The translations under genes and the position numbers were made by a program. The notes beneath the pieces were generated by a model. It was not told where the DNA came from, made no database searches, and saw only the letters and a list, made by a program, of their open reading frames with translations. Below are positions 40,300 to 50,657 of a stretch of DNA of 64,000 nt, piece after piece. Source of the DNA: Gammaproteobacteria bacterium (GTDB taxonomy: Bacteria > Pseudomonadota > Gammaproteobacteria > Eutrophobiales > Eutrophobiaceae); assembly GCA_963422205.2 (NCBI GenBank), contig CAXMWX010000001.1, forward strand, positions 352,001-416,000. The letters run 5' to 3'. Each line of letters begins with the position of its first letter. The first letter of the stretch is position 1.

Positions 40300-42219
40300 A
40301 TGCCGGTTATTACCCTGCCTGATGGCAGTCAGCGGCAATTTGATCAGCCTGTCTCGATCAGGCAGGTGGCCGAGGCCATCGGGCCGGGGCTTGCCAGGGT
40401 GATGCTGGCCGGTGAGGTCGATGGCATCCTGCGGGATGCCGCCCACGTGATCGACGAGGCGGCGGTATTGCGTATCATCACCGAGCGCGACCCGGAAGGT
40501 CTTGAGATCATCCGCCATTCCACCGCCCACCTGCTGGCCCAGGCGGTTAAAAGCCTGTTCCCCACAGCCCAGGTGACCATTGGCCCGGTGATTGAGGATG
40601 GGTTTTATTATGACTTTGCCTATGAACGGCCCTTCACGCCAGAGGATGTTGCGGCGATTGAAAAGAAGATGATCGAACTGGCGAGGGCGGGGGATGAGGT
40701 GAGCCGCACAGTGATGGCGCGTACCCAGGCCGTGGATTTTTTCCGCACCATGGGCGAGGAGTACAAGGCACAGATCATTGAATCTATTCCGGCAGATGAG
40801 ACCCTCTCGCTGTACTCCCAGGGTGATTTTATTGATCTCTGCCGTGGCCCGCACGTACCGAACACCAATCGCCTCAAGGCGTTCAAGCTGACCAAGCTGG
40901 CCGGGTCTTACTGGCGCGGGGATGCCAGCAATGCCATGTTGCAGCGTATCTATGGCACCGCCTGGCCGGATAAAAAGGCATTGAAGCGGTATCTGCATCG
41001 CCTTGAGGAGGCAGAGAGGCGTGATCATCGCAAGCTGGCAAAGCGGCTGGATTTGTTTCATTTCCAGGCCGAAGCGCCGGGCATGGTGTTCTGGCATCCG
41101 CACGGCTGGACGCTGTACAAGCTGATTGAGGACTATATGCGGGCGAAGATGGCAGCAGCTGGCTATCAGGAGATCAACACGCCGCAGTTGGTTGATCGCA
41201 GCTTGTGGGAGGAGAGCGGCCATTGGGATAAATTTCAGCAGTATATGTTTACCACCGAATCGGAGAATCGCGATTATGCGATCAAGCCGATGAACTGCCC
41301 CGGCCATGTCCAGGTTTTCAATCAGGGGCTGAAGAGCTACCGGGATCTGCCGCTGCGGCTGGCGGAGTTTGGCTCCTGTCATCGCTATGAGCCTTCCGGC
41401 ACCTTGCACGGGTTGATGCGGGTGCGGCATTTTACCCAGGATGATGCCCATATTTTTTGTACCGAGGCGCAGTTGCAGGATGAGGTTGCCGCCTTTATCC
41501 GGCTGTTGTTTTCAGTCTATGCCGATTTCGGTTTTGATGAGATTTTGATCAAGCTGGCAGACCGTCCGGCCGAGCGGGTCGGCAGTGACAGTGAATGGGA
41601 CAAGGCGGAGCAGGCGCTGCAACGGGCGGTCGAATTGAACCGGCTGGACTGGCAGTTAAACCCGGGCGAGGGGGCTTTTTACGGGCCCAAGATCGAATTT
41701 TCTCTCAAAGACTGTATTGGTCGGGTGTGGCAATGCGGCACCATCCAGGTGGATTTTTCCATGCCCCATCGTTTGCAGGCCAGCTATGTGGATGAGCAGA
41801 GTAACAAGCAGGTGCCGGTCATGCTGCATCGGGCGATCCTCGGCTCTATGGAGCGTTTTATCGGCATCTTGATAGAAAACCATGCGGGCGCGTTTCCCCT
41901 CTGGCTGGCTCCGGTGCAGGCGGTCATCGCTTCAATTACCGAAAATCAGGCCGACTATGCCGTCAAAGTGGCAGAAGATCTGAAAGCCTGGGGCTTTCGC
42001 GTTGATACCGACTTGAGAAATGAAACGATCGGCCTTAAAATCCGCGAACACGCCATGCAGCGCATCCCGTATCAGCTGATCGTGGGCAAACGGGAAGAGG
42101 CAACGGCCACTGTTGCTGTGCGTACGCGGGCGGGCGAGGATCTGGGGGCGATGGCCCTGACAGATTTCATCACACAACTGGCGGCCGAGCAGGCCCATCG
42201 CGGCAGAACAGGAGAGTAA
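40300..42219 (+). CDS. thrS: Threonine--tRNA ligase
   Basis: [49 protein letters not shown]. Confidence 0.98.
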   Translation: MPVITLPDGSQRQFDQPVSIRQVAEAIGPGLARVMLAGEVDGILRDAAHVIDEAAVLRIITERDPEGLEIIRHSTAHLLAQAVKSLFPTAQVTIGPVIEDGFYYDFAYERPFTPEDVAAIEKKMIELARAGDEVSRTVMARTQAVDFFRTMGEEYKAQIIESIPADETLSLYSQGDFIDLCRGPHVPNTNRLKAFKLTKLAGSYWRGDASNAMLQRIYGTAWPDKKALKRYLHRLEEAERRDHRKLAKRLDLFHFQAEAPGMVFWHPHGWTLYKLIEDYMRAKMAAAGYQEINTPQLVDRSLWEESGHWDKFQQYMFTTESENRDYAIKPMNCPGHVQVFNQGLKSYRDLPLRLAEFGSCHRYEPSGTLHGLMRVRHFTQDDAHIFCTEAQLQDEVAAFIRLLFSVYADFGFDEILIKLADRPAERVGSDSEWDKAEQALQRAVELNRLDWQLNPGEGAFYGPKIEFSLKDCIGRVWQCGTIQVDFSMPHRLQASYVDEQSNKQVPVMLHRAILGSMERFIGILIENHAGAFPLWLAPVQAVIASITENQADYAVKVAEDLKAWGFRVDTDLRNETIGLKIREHAMQRIPYQLIVGKREEATATVAVRTRAGEDLGAMALTDFITQLAAEQAHRGRTGE

Positions 42220-42223
42220 ACCT

Positions 42224-42739
42224 ATCGCCATTGAAAAACAGAATCGCCTGAATGAAGAAATCGTGGTTGATGAGGTCAGGTTAATCGGTATGGATGGCGA
42301 GCAGGTGGGCATTGTGCCGCTACAACAGGCCCAGCAGATAGCCGATGAGGCCGAGCTTGATCTGGTGGAGATCGTTCCAAACCAGTCGCCGCCGGTTTGT
42401 CGGGTGATGGATTACGGCAAATACCTGTTTGAGCAGAGCAAGAAAAGACATGCGGCGAGGAAAAAGCAGAAGCAGATTCACGTCAAGGAAGTGAAGTTCA
42501 GGCCGGGTACGGATGAGGGCGATTACTGGGTGAAGCTGCGTAACATCAGCCGTTTTCTCAAAAATGGTGATAAGGTGAAGGTGACTTTGCGTTTCCGTGG
42601 TCGGGAGATGGCGCACCAGGAGCTGGGCAGTCAGATGCTGGAGCGCATTGAGGAAGATATGGAGGAGCTGGGGCAGGTGGAGCAATTCCCCAAGCTGGAG
42701 GGCCGGCAGATGGTGATGGTGCTGGCGCCCAGACGATAA
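42224..42739 (+). CDS. infC: Translation initiation factor IF-3 (non-canonical ATC start)
   Basis: [39 protein letters not shown]; in-frame ATC after the GGAG SD. Confidence 0.95.
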   Translation: MAIEKQNRLNEEIVVDEVRLIGMDGEQVGIVPLQQAQQIADEAELDLVEIVPNQSPPVCRVMDYGKYLFEQSKKRHAARKKQKQIHVKEVKFRPGTDEGDYWVKLRNISRFLKNGDKVKVTLRFRGREMAHQELGSQMLERIEEDMEELGQVEQFPKLEGRQMVMVLAPRR

Positions 42740-42791
42740 TCCCTGGTTACGGTCATTGCGTAGAAAAATCAGATAAACGTGGAGTTGATGT

Positions 42792-42989
42792 ATGCCAAAG
42801 ATGAAGACAAACCGGGGGGCGGCCAAACGCTTCAGCAAGACCGGCTCCGGCCGGTTTAAGCACCGGCAATCCTTTCGCAACCATATTTTGACGAAGAAGC
42901 CGGCAAAACGGATCAGACAATTACGCGCCATGAATCTGGTGCATGATAATGATCATAAGTCCGTTGAGCGGCTGCTGCCCTACAGTTAA
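42792..42989 (+). CDS. rpmI: 50S ribosomal protein L35
   Basis: [14 protein letters not shown]...HILTKK. Confidence 0.98.
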   Translation: MPKMKTNRGAAKRFSKTGSGRFKHRQSFRNHILTKKPAKRIRQLRAMNLVHDNDHKSVERLLPYS

Positions 42990-43001
42990 TGAGGTGTTAT
43001 C

Positions 43002-43361
43002 ATGCCCCGAGTTAAACGTGGCGTAACAGCGCGCGCCAGACACAAAAAAATCATCGCCCAGGCAAAGGGTTACCGTGGCAGGCGCAAGAACGTCTTTCGG
43101 GTGGCCAAGCAGGCGGTGATCAAGGCCGGCCAGTATGCCTACCGTGACCGGCGACAGAGAAAGCGCCAGTTCCGTGCCCTGTGGATTGCCCGCATCAATG
43201 CCGCTGCGCGTGAACATGGCTTGAGCTACAGCCGCTTCATGCACGGTTTGACCCGTGCAACAATCGCCATCGATCGAAAAGTGCTGGCGGATATCGCAGT
43301 GCATGACAAGCCGGCATTTGCACAGTTGGCAGAGCAGGCCCGTTCCAGTCTCGCCAGCTAG
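43002..43361 (+). CDS. rplT: 50S ribosomal protein L20
   Basis: [32 protein letters not shown]. Confidence 0.98.
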   Translation: MPRVKRGVTARARHKKIIAQAKGYRGRRKNVFRVAKQAVIKAGQYAYRDRRQRKRQFRALWIARINAAAREHGLSYSRFMHGLTRATIAIDRKVLADIAVHDKPAFAQLAEQARSSLAS

Positions 43362-43387
43362 TCACCATTACCCTGTTGCTGGCATCT

Positions 43388-43420
43388 AAGGAAAGGGCGA
43401 CCCCCTTTCCTTTTTTATTT
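43388..43420 (+). terminator. Intrinsic terminator after rplT
   Basis: AAGGAAAGGG-loop-CCCTTTCCTT followed by a T-run. Confidence 0.8.
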
Positions 43421-43436
43421 GTGGTGTGGAAAGTGA

Positions 43437-44417
43437 ATGTATGAGATAGAACAGATGATTCAGGATGCCATCGCTGAGGTAGAGGCAGCAGGGCATCAGC
43501 AGGCGCTGGCCGAGGTGAAGGTGAAGTATCTGGGCAAGCGGGGTGAGGTAACGTACCTGTTAGGGCAGGTGGGCGGCCTGCCTGCCGAGCAGCGCCCGGC
43601 GGCCGGGCAGGCGATCAACCAGGCCAAGGCCGAGATTGCCGCGGCTATCGAAGATAGAGAGACGGTACTGCTGGCAGCGCAGCTACAACACAGGCTGGCG
43701 GATGAGCAGGTGGATATGAGCCTGCCCGCACGCGGGCAAAGGCGCGGCGGCCTGCATCCGGTGTCGCTTGTGCTGGCGGAGATCGAGCGTTTATTTACCG
43801 AGATCGGTTTTTCTGTGGTTGACGGCCCGGAGATTGAGGATAACTATTACAATTTCGAGGCGCTGAATATCCCCGCCCATCATCCTGCCCGGGCGATGCA
43901 CGATACGTTCTACATCGATGCCGAGCTGTTATTACGCACGCACACCTCCAATGTGCAGATTCGTTACATGCAGGCACACCAGCCACCCATCCGCATCATT
44001 GCCCCGGGCCGGGTGTATCGCTGTGATTCTGATATGACGCACACGCCCATGTTCCATCAGGTTGAAGGGCTGATGGTCGATACAGGCATCACATTCACGC
44101 ACTTAAAAGGGATCCTCGAAGCCTTCGTACATAATCTGTTCCATCCGGCTATCAAGGTCCGGTTTCGTCCCTCTTATTTTCCATTCACAGAGCCATCTGC
44201 TGAGGTGGATATTCTGGGTGAGCGCGGCTGGATGGAGATCCTCGGTTGCGGCATGGTGCATCCTAAGGTGCTGGAGAACGTTGGTATCGACAGCAAAAAA
44301 TACAGTGGCTTTGCCTTTGGTATGGGTGCTGAGCGCATGGCCATGTTGAAATACGGGATCGATGATATTCGTCTGTTCTTTGACAATGATCTGCGCTTTC
44401 TTGAGCAGTTTAATTAA
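43437..44417 (+). CDS. pheS: Phenylalanine--tRNA ligase alpha subunit
   Basis: [41 protein letters not shown]. Confidence 0.98.
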   Translation: MYEIEQMIQDAIAEVEAAGHQQALAEVKVKYLGKRGEVTYLLGQVGGLPAEQRPAAGQAINQAKAEIAAAIEDRETVLLAAQLQHRLADEQVDMSLPARGQRRGGLHPVSLVLAEIERLFTEIGFSVVDGPEIEDNYYNFEALNIPAHHPARAMHDTFYIDAELLLRTHTSNVQIRYMQAHQPPIRIIAPGRVYRCDSDMTHTPMFHQVEGLMVDTGITFTHLKGILEAFVHNLFHPAIKVRFRPSYFPFTEPSAEVDILGERGWMEILGCGMVHPKVLENVGIDSKKYSGFAFGMGAERMAMLKYGIDDIRLFFDNDLRFLEQFN

Positions 44418-44441
44418 CATGAATTCAGGCTGACGCCAAAG

Positions 44442-46811
44442 ATGAGATTCAGCGAGCAATGGCTGCGGGAATGGGTGAACCCCGCCCTGGATACCGCCGC
44501 ACTCGCCGAGCAGCTGACCATGCTCGGCCATGAGGTGGATGCGATTACCCCGGCGGCAGCGGATCTTTCCGCCGTGCTCATCGCCAGAGTCATCTCGGTA
44601 AGCCCTCATCCGGGGGCCGATGGCTTGAGCCTGTGCGAGATAGATTACGGGGCGGATGAGTCGGTCGAGGTCGTCTGTGGTGCGCCTGTCTGTGTTGGGC
44701 AGTGCTACGCCTATGCGCCTGTTGGTGCCGTGCTGCCCGCTGGCATGTCGGTAACGGCCAGAGACATTCAAGGCGTGCGCTCTCAGGGCATGTTGTGCTC
44801 TGCCGCCGAGTTGGGTTTGGCAGAGAAATCGACCGCCCTCCTGGCACTACAGCCGGAGGCCAGGCCAGGCCAGTCGCTGGCCGCTTATTTACAGCTTGAT
44901 GACCACCTGCTTGAGGTCTCGCTGACGCCCAATCGAGGCGATTGCCTGAGTATCCGCGGGCTGGCCCGTGAGCTGGCGGCTGCCAATGCACTGGAATTCC
45001 GGCCGGTCAGGATTCAACCGGTTGCCAGCGAAACCGCAGCCCGGCGCACCATCACCCTGACCGCGGCAGATGCCTGTCCGCGTTATGCTGGCCGGGTGAT
45101 CGAGGGGCTGGATGTGACCCGGCCGGCCCCAAGCTGGCTACAGGAGAGGCTCAGGCGGGCGGGCATCCGCAGCTTGAATGCCATTGTCGATATTACCAAT
45201 TATGTCATGCTGGAGTTGGGGCAACCCATGCACGCCTTTGACAATGACAGGCTGACCGGCGATATAGCGGTACGCCATGCCCGGCCGGGGGAGGCTATCA
45301 CGTTGCTCAATGGTGAACAGCATGACCTGCCGACCGGGAGCCTGCTGATCACCGATGCCACCGGCCCGGTGGCGCTGGCGGGCATCATGGGAGGAGAGCA
45401 TACGGCTGTCTCTGATACAACCCGTGATATTTTTCTGGAGAGTGCTTTTTTCACCCCGGTGGCGATTGCCGGCCGTGCCCGAGCGCTGGGGTTGCACACG
45501 GATGCCTCACACCGGTATGAGCGGGGCGTTGATCCCGCCTTGCAACCCGTGGCGGTCGAGCGTGCCACGGCCCTGATACTGGCTGTCTGTGGCGGCCGGG
45601 CTGGGGCTGTGGTGCAAGCGTGTAGCGAGCAGCACTTGCCGCACTCGCTGGACATTGAACTGCCTTATGGGCAGGTCGCCGCGTTGTTGGGCAAGGCCAT
45701 CCCGCCTGGCGAGATTGCCGCGATTATCTCCCGCCTTGGGATACAAATCATTGATAAAAAAAGCGACAAGATCATCGCCAGGGCGCCAGGCTGGCGCTTT
45801 GATATCGGCCTGCCAGAGGATATTATTGAAGAGATCGCACGTCTGCACGGCTTTGACCGGTTCCCCGCCGAGTTGCCTGAAAGCCGGCTGGCCATGCGCC
45901 AAGCCAGCCCATCTTCCTGTCTGGCTGGCTTGAAACAGGTGTTGGTGGAGCGCGGTTTCCAGGAGATCATCAGCTACAGTTTTGTGGGCGATACACTGCA
46001 AAAACGCCTGTTTCCCCGGCAGGATGGCATTGCGCTGATGAATGCGATCTCGGCTGAGTTGGGCGTGATGCGGCTGAGCCTGTGGCCAGGCTTGCTGCTT
46101 GCCCTGCTGCATAACCTTAATCGCCAGCAGCAACGTCTGCGAATCTTTGAGGCCGGGCGTGTATTCACGCAACAGACAGCACTTTGCCAGGATCAGAAGC
46201 TGGCCGGTCTGATATATGGCAATATTTATCATGAACAATGGGATAATCCGTATACTTCAAGCGATATATTCGATCTGAAGGCCGATGTGGAGGCGTTAAT
46301 CCGACAAGGCAGCGGCCCGGTGACCTGCCGCTATGAGCGCTGCCAGAGAGATGCCCTGCATCCGGGGCAATCGGCCACCATTATGGTTGATAATCATGCG
46401 CTGGGCAGGCTGGGCATGTTACACCCCAGGATACAGGCTGCGCTGGATATTGCCGAACCCGTGTATCTGTTTGAATTGGATTTAGAGAAAATATCGCCGA
46501 AAAAACCATTAAAATACGCCAACATCTCTAAATTTCCCTCTTGCAGGCGGGATTTGTCCATTTTGCTTGATGAGCAGATCAGCATTGAAGACATCCGAGT
46601 CTGCATAAAAAAATCGGCCCCTGCGCTGTTGACAAACCTAGAGTTGTTTGACGTATATCAGGGCGAAAGTATTGATCAGGGGGAAAAAAGCGTCACATTA
46701 GGCTTGACCTTTCAGCGCACTTCCAGCACTCTAGCAGATCATGAGGTGGAGGCGATTATGGCGTCTGTGATGACATCGCTTCAAAACGAGTTCGGCGCAC
46801 GGTTAAGATGA
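44442..46811 (+). CDS. pheT: Phenylalanine--tRNA ligase beta subunit
   Basis: MRFSEQWLREWV, TPNRGDCLS, VDITNYV, RYERGVD, LFDVYQG. Confidence 0.97.
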   Translation: MRFSEQWLREWVNPALDTAALAEQLTMLGHEVDAITPAAADLSAVLIARVISVSPHPGADGLSLCEIDYGADESVEVVCGAPVCVGQCYAYAPVGAVLPAGMSVTARDIQGVRSQGMLCSAAELGLAEKSTALLALQPEARPGQSLAAYLQLDDHLLEVSLTPNRGDCLSIRGLARELAAANALEFRPVRIQPVASETAARRTITLTAADACPRYAGRVIEGLDVTRPAPSWLQERLRRAGIRSLNAIVDITNYVMLELGQPMHAFDNDRLTGDIAVRHARPGEAITLLNGEQHDLPTGSLLITDATGPVALAGIMGGEHTAVSDTTRDIFLESAFFTPVAIAGRARALGLHTDASHRYERGVDPALQPVAVERATALILAVCGGRAGAVVQACSEQHLPHSLDIELPYGQVAALLGKAIPPGEIAAIISRLGIQIIDKKSDKIIARAPGWRFDIGLPEDIIEEIARLHGFDRFPAELPESRLAMRQASPSSCLAGLKQVLVERGFQEIISYSFVGDTLQKRLFPRQDGIALMNAISAELGVMRLSLWPGLLLALLHNLNRQQQRLRIFEAGRVFTQQTALCQDQKLAGLIYGNIYHEQWDNPYTSSDIFDLKADVEALIRQGSGPVTCRYERCQRDALHPGQSATIMVDNHALGRLGMLHPRIQAALDIAEPVYLFELDLEKISPKKPLKYANISKFPSCRRDLSILLDEQISIEDIRVCIKKSAPALLTNLELFDVYQGESIDQGEKSVTLGLTFQRTSSTLADHEVEAIMASVMTSLQNEFGARLR

Positions 46812-46817
46812 ATAACA

Positions 46818-47126
46818 ATGGCTGCATTGACAAAGGCTGATATGGCTGAAAAGCTGTATGAGGAGCTTGGTTTGAACAAGCGTGAGGCCAAGGAGATCGT
46901 CGAGATTTTCTTTGAGGAGATCCGCAACGCCCTGGAGACTGGGAATCAGGTGAAGCTGTCCGGCTTTGGTAATTTTGACCTGCGCGATAAAAACCAGAGG
47001 CCGGGCCGTAATCCCAAGACGGGCGAGGATATCCCGATCAGTGCAAGGCGGGTGGTGACTTTTCGGCCGGGACAAAAACTAAAAGCAAGAGTAGAGGCGT
47101 ATGCTGGAAGCATCCAACACCAGTGA
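46818..47126 (+). CDS. ihfA: Integration host factor alpha
   Basis: VKLSGFGNF...[10 protein letters not shown]. Confidence 0.98.
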   Translation: MAALTKADMAEKLYEELGLNKREAKEIVEIFFEEIRNALETGNQVKLSGFGNFDLRDKNQRPGRNPKTGEDIPISARRVVTFRPGQKLKARVEAYAGSIQHQ

Positions 47127-47457
47127 CTTGCCCGTCATTCCGGGCAAGCGCTACTTCACCATCGGCGAGGTCAGCGATCTGTGTGCAGTCAAACCGCACG
47201 TACTGCGCTACTGGGAGCAGGAATTTCCGCAGTTAAAACCACTGAAAAGGCGGGGCAATCGCCGGTATTACCAGCGCCATGACGTGATCCTGATCCGCCA
47301 GATCAGAAGCCTGTTATACGAACAGGGCTTTACCATTGGCGGTGCCAGACAGCGGTTATCCGGTGATGAGGCCAAGGAGGATTCCAACCAGAGCCAGCAA
47401 ATCATCAAACAAATCAGAAAAGAACTTGAGGAAGTGCTGGATTTACTGAGGCGTTAA
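47101..47457 (+). CDS. MerR-family regulator downstream of ihfA
   Basis: [22 protein letters not shown]. Confidence 0.92.
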   Translation: MLEASNTSDLPVIPGKRYFTIGEVSDLCAVKPHVLRYWEQEFPQLKPLKRRGNRRYYQRHDVILIRQIRSLLYEQGFTIGGARQRLSGDEAKEDSNQSQQIIKQIRKELEEVLDLLRR

Positions 47458-47581
47458 GCGGCAAGCCAGCCACACATCACCAGAGTGCTGGCCGTTATGG
47501 CAATCTTCACTATCTCAAGGCTGGGCCAGTAGAACAAGGCAGGGGGAGAGATTTTCCCTACCCCGTCCAGCATGACAGTAT

Positions 47582-47658
<77 letters not shown>

Positions 47659-47780
47659 GCTTTTTATCAGTAGTGTGTGATGATCAAATCGGCACATTGG
47701 CCGCCCGGCAGCGAGCCTGTCTGTATCCTGGCGGGCTTGAGATGGTAGAATAGAACAATAAACTAACGATAAACTTCCCT

Positions 47781-48315
47781 ATGTCGCCACAATCATCCTT
47801 GGGTCTTGTGCTGTTGTGTCTGTTAATGTTGGCCGGTTGCAATGAAGAGATGACCGCTGAACAGGCGTTTGCGGCGGGTGATTATGAGGCCGGCTTATTC
47901 GCTCTGGCAGTCCCGGGTAACTCAAGGTGATGCGGTGGCGCAGAATTACTTAGGGGTGCATCACTACCTGGGGCTGGGGGTAGTACGTGATCTCACGCTG
48001 GCATTTGAGTGGTTTGAGAGCGCCGCCAGGCAGGGCAATCCGCAAGGGCAACGTCATCTGGGCATGATGTATCACAACGGCTATGGCACCCCGCCGGATT
48101 TTGTCAGTGCGTATATGTGGTATTATGCGGCCTATCGGCAGGGCAGCCCGACTGCCCGGCGCTACATGGATTCCTTGAGCGAGCAGAACAAGCTCAGTCC
48201 CAACCAAATGAATCAGGCAAAAAGCCAGGCCAGTGAATTTATCATGCACTCGGTCATCGCCGAACAGGGCTCGGAGGGTAAGTTATTTCGCGGGCAACAG
48301 GCAGATTCAAGATAG
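47781..48315 (+). pseudogene. Sel1-repeat lipoprotein with a frameshift near 47890
   Basis: Signal/lipobox LAGC and AFAAGDYEA in one frame; AYSLW..GDAVAQNYLG and WFESAARQG Sel1 repeats in the +1 frame; may be an assembly error. Confidence 0.7.
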
Positions 48316-48328
48316 CGGTGGCGAGGAA

Positions 48329-50161
48329 ATGTGCGGGATAGTCGGTGCGGTTGCCCAAAGAAATGTCACCCCCATCCTGCTGGAGGGGCTGCGCCGGCTT
48401 GAATATCGGGGCTATGATTCTGCCGGTATTGCCGTTATTGATGAGAATACCGCCCTGGATCGGGTTCGGGTGCTGGGCAAGGTCGGCGCACTGGAGGCCG
48501 CCCTGGCAGACCGGCCACTCAAAGGCACCACCGGCATCGCCCACACCCGCTGGGCTACCCATGGCCAGCCCAGTGTCAGTAATGCACATCCCCATATCAG
48601 CCGGGATGAGACCGGGGTGGTGCACAATGGCATCATCGAAAACCATGATGCGTTACGGCAGGCACAACGCAAGGCCGGGTATGTGTTCGACTCCGACACC
48701 GATACCGAGGTCATCGCCAACCAGATCCATGCCCACAGTGCCGGCGGGGCTGATCTGTTGCAGGCGGTATCAAGGACGGTCGTTGAACTGCAGGGGGCTT
48801 ACGCGCTGGTCGTCATCAGCAGGCGAGAGCGGGGTCGTCTGGTGGTTGCAAGAGCGGGCAGTCCGCTGCTCATCGGTATCGGCATCGGCGAGTTTTTTGT
48901 CGCCTCGGATATGTTTGCCCTGCTGCCGGTCACACAGCGCTTTATCATTTTGGAAGAAGGGGACATCGCCGATATTACCGAGCAGGGGGTCAGCATTATC
49001 GACCGGGATGGCCGCTGCGTTGACCGGCCGGTGATAGTCTCTGCCATGCGTGCCGAGGCAGCGGAGAAGGCCGATTACCGGCACTACATGTTAAAAGAGA
49101 TCCATGACCAGCCAGAGGCGATAGCCGAGACCCTGGAAGGCAGAATCTCTAACCACAGGCTGGCGGTGATGAGTTTCGGCATGGCCGCTGAGGGCCTGCT
49201 GGATCAGATCAAGGCGATCCATATCGTTGCCTGCGGTACCAGTTACCATGCGGGTCTGGTTGCCCGTTACTGGTTTGAGAATCTGACCAGGATCGCCTGT
49301 AGTGTGGACATTGCCAGCGAGTATCGCTACCGCCATACCCTGGTGGATGCAGACACTCTGTTTGTCTGCATTTCACAATCGGGAGAAACGCTGGATACCC
49401 TGGAGGCACTGCGCCTGGCCAGAACCAAAGGCTACCGATCTACCCTGGCGATTTGCAATGCACCGGAGAGTGCCCTGACCCGAGAGGCCGAGTTGGTCTT
49501 TCTGACCCGGGCAGGCAAGGAAATCGGGGTGGCGTCAACCAAGGCGTTTACTACCCAGCTGGTTGCCCTGCTGATGCTGGTCATCATCAGTGCGCGTCGT
49601 TTCGGGCTGACTGCTGCACAGGAAGCTGAATTTATCATGCAGCTTGAAAAACTGCCCGCGCTGATTAACACGCTGTTTGAACGGCGGCGTGAGATTGCCA
49701 GCATGGCCGAGGAGTTTGTCCATAAACAGCATGTCTTGTACCTTGGGCGCGGCACGATGCTGCCGGTTGCCATGGAAGGGGCGCTTAAATTAAAAGAAGT
49801 GTCGTATATTCATGCCGAAGCCTATGCGGCTGGCGAGCTGAAACACGGGCCACTGGCGCTGGTTGATGAGGATATGCCGGTGGTTGCTGTTGCCCCCGGC
49901 AATCAACTGATCGAGAAACTAAAATCCAATCTGCACGAGGTCAAGGCCAGAGGGGGCGTGTTGTATCTCTACAGCGATCAGGCGATTGGCTTTGAGGAGG
50001 ATGCACAGGTGAAGTTAATTCCCATGCCGAAGATCAATGATTACCTGGCACCGATAGTATATACCATCCCGCTACAGCTATTTGCCTATGAAGTGGCTGT
50101 CTTGAAAGGGCTGGATGTCGATCAGCCGCGTAATCTCGCCAAGTCTGTGACGGTGGAATAG
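48329..50161 (+). CDS. glmS: Glutamine--fructose-6-phosphate transaminase
   Basis: MCGIVG, EYRGYDSAG, HTRWATHG, SQSGET, ELKHGP, PRNLAKSVTVE. Confidence 0.98.
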   Translation: MCGIVGAVAQRNVTPILLEGLRRLEYRGYDSAGIAVIDENTALDRVRVLGKVGALEAALADRPLKGTTGIAHTRWATHGQPSVSNAHPHISRDETGVVHNGIIENHDALRQAQRKAGYVFDSDTDTEVIANQIHAHSAGGADLLQAVSRTVVELQGAYALVVISRRERGRLVVARAGSPLLIGIGIGEFFVASDMFALLPVTQRFIILEEGDIADITEQGVSIIDRDGRCVDRPVIVSAMRAEAAEKADYRHYMLKEIHDQPEAIAETLEGRISNHRLAVMSFGMAAEGLLDQIKAIHIVACGTSYHAGLVARYWFENLTRIACSVDIASEYRYRHTLVDADTLFVCISQSGETLDTLEALRLARTKGYRSTLAICNAPESALTREAELVFLTRAGKEIGVASTKAFTTQLVALLMLVIISARRFGLTAAQEAEFIMQLEKLPALINTLFERRREIASMAEEFVHKQHVLYLGRGTMLPVAMEGALKLKEVSYIHAEAYAAGELKHGPLALVDEDMPVVAVAPGNQLIEKLKSNLHEVKARGGVLYLYSDQAIGFEEDAQVKLIPMPKINDYLAPIVYTIPLQLFAYEVAVLKGLDVDQPRNLAKSVTVE

Positions 50162-50342
50162 CCCATCATGCTGGCGAGCAATAGGCCGGAACGTCATGCC
50201 ACAGGTGCTGTGGTCTTGCGTTTTGACAGCGCATCGCAATGGCACAACGTGATATGGCTGGTTGCTGCTGTTCCCGGCATGGCATGTGTGCCTCTCTGCC
50301 TTGCCACCCGCCGCATGGTACGATATCCGTGAAGCCGGTTTG

Positions 50343-50648
50343 ATGAGCAGCGATAAAATCATCGTTATGGTGGATGCCGATCTTGAGGAGTTAATCCCCG
50401 GCTTTCTTGAGAAAAGGCAGGCCGATATTGCTCATCTTAATGCGGCGGCTGATTCTCTGGATTTCGCCGCATTGCAGTTCATCGGGCATAATCTCAAAGG
50501 GATTGGCGGTGGTTATGGCTTTGACGAGGTATCGGAGATGGGCGCAGCGATTGAATCGGCGGCCATGGCACAGGACATCAACACGGCTGCCAGGATCATC
50601 GCCAGGCTGGATGCGTATCTGCAAAACGTGGACGTTGCCTACGAGTGA
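50343..50648 (+). CDS. Stand-alone Hpt phosphotransfer protein
   Basis: GHNLKGIGGGYGF. Confidence 0.85.
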   Translation: MSSDKIIVMVDADLEELIPGFLEKRQADIAHLNAAADSLDFAALQFIGHNLKGIGGGYGFDEVSEMGAAIESAAMAQDINTAARIIARLDAYLQNVDVAYE

Positions 50649-50657
50649 TCCGAGTCC

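Noticed and set aside
43361-43437. pheM-type leader-peptide attenuator
   Set aside because: Only a terminator hairpin is present; there is no Phe-rich leader ORF.
50120-50260. Tn7 insertion at the glmS attTn7 site
   Set aside because: No Tn7 end or tns genes follow glmS; the site appears empty.
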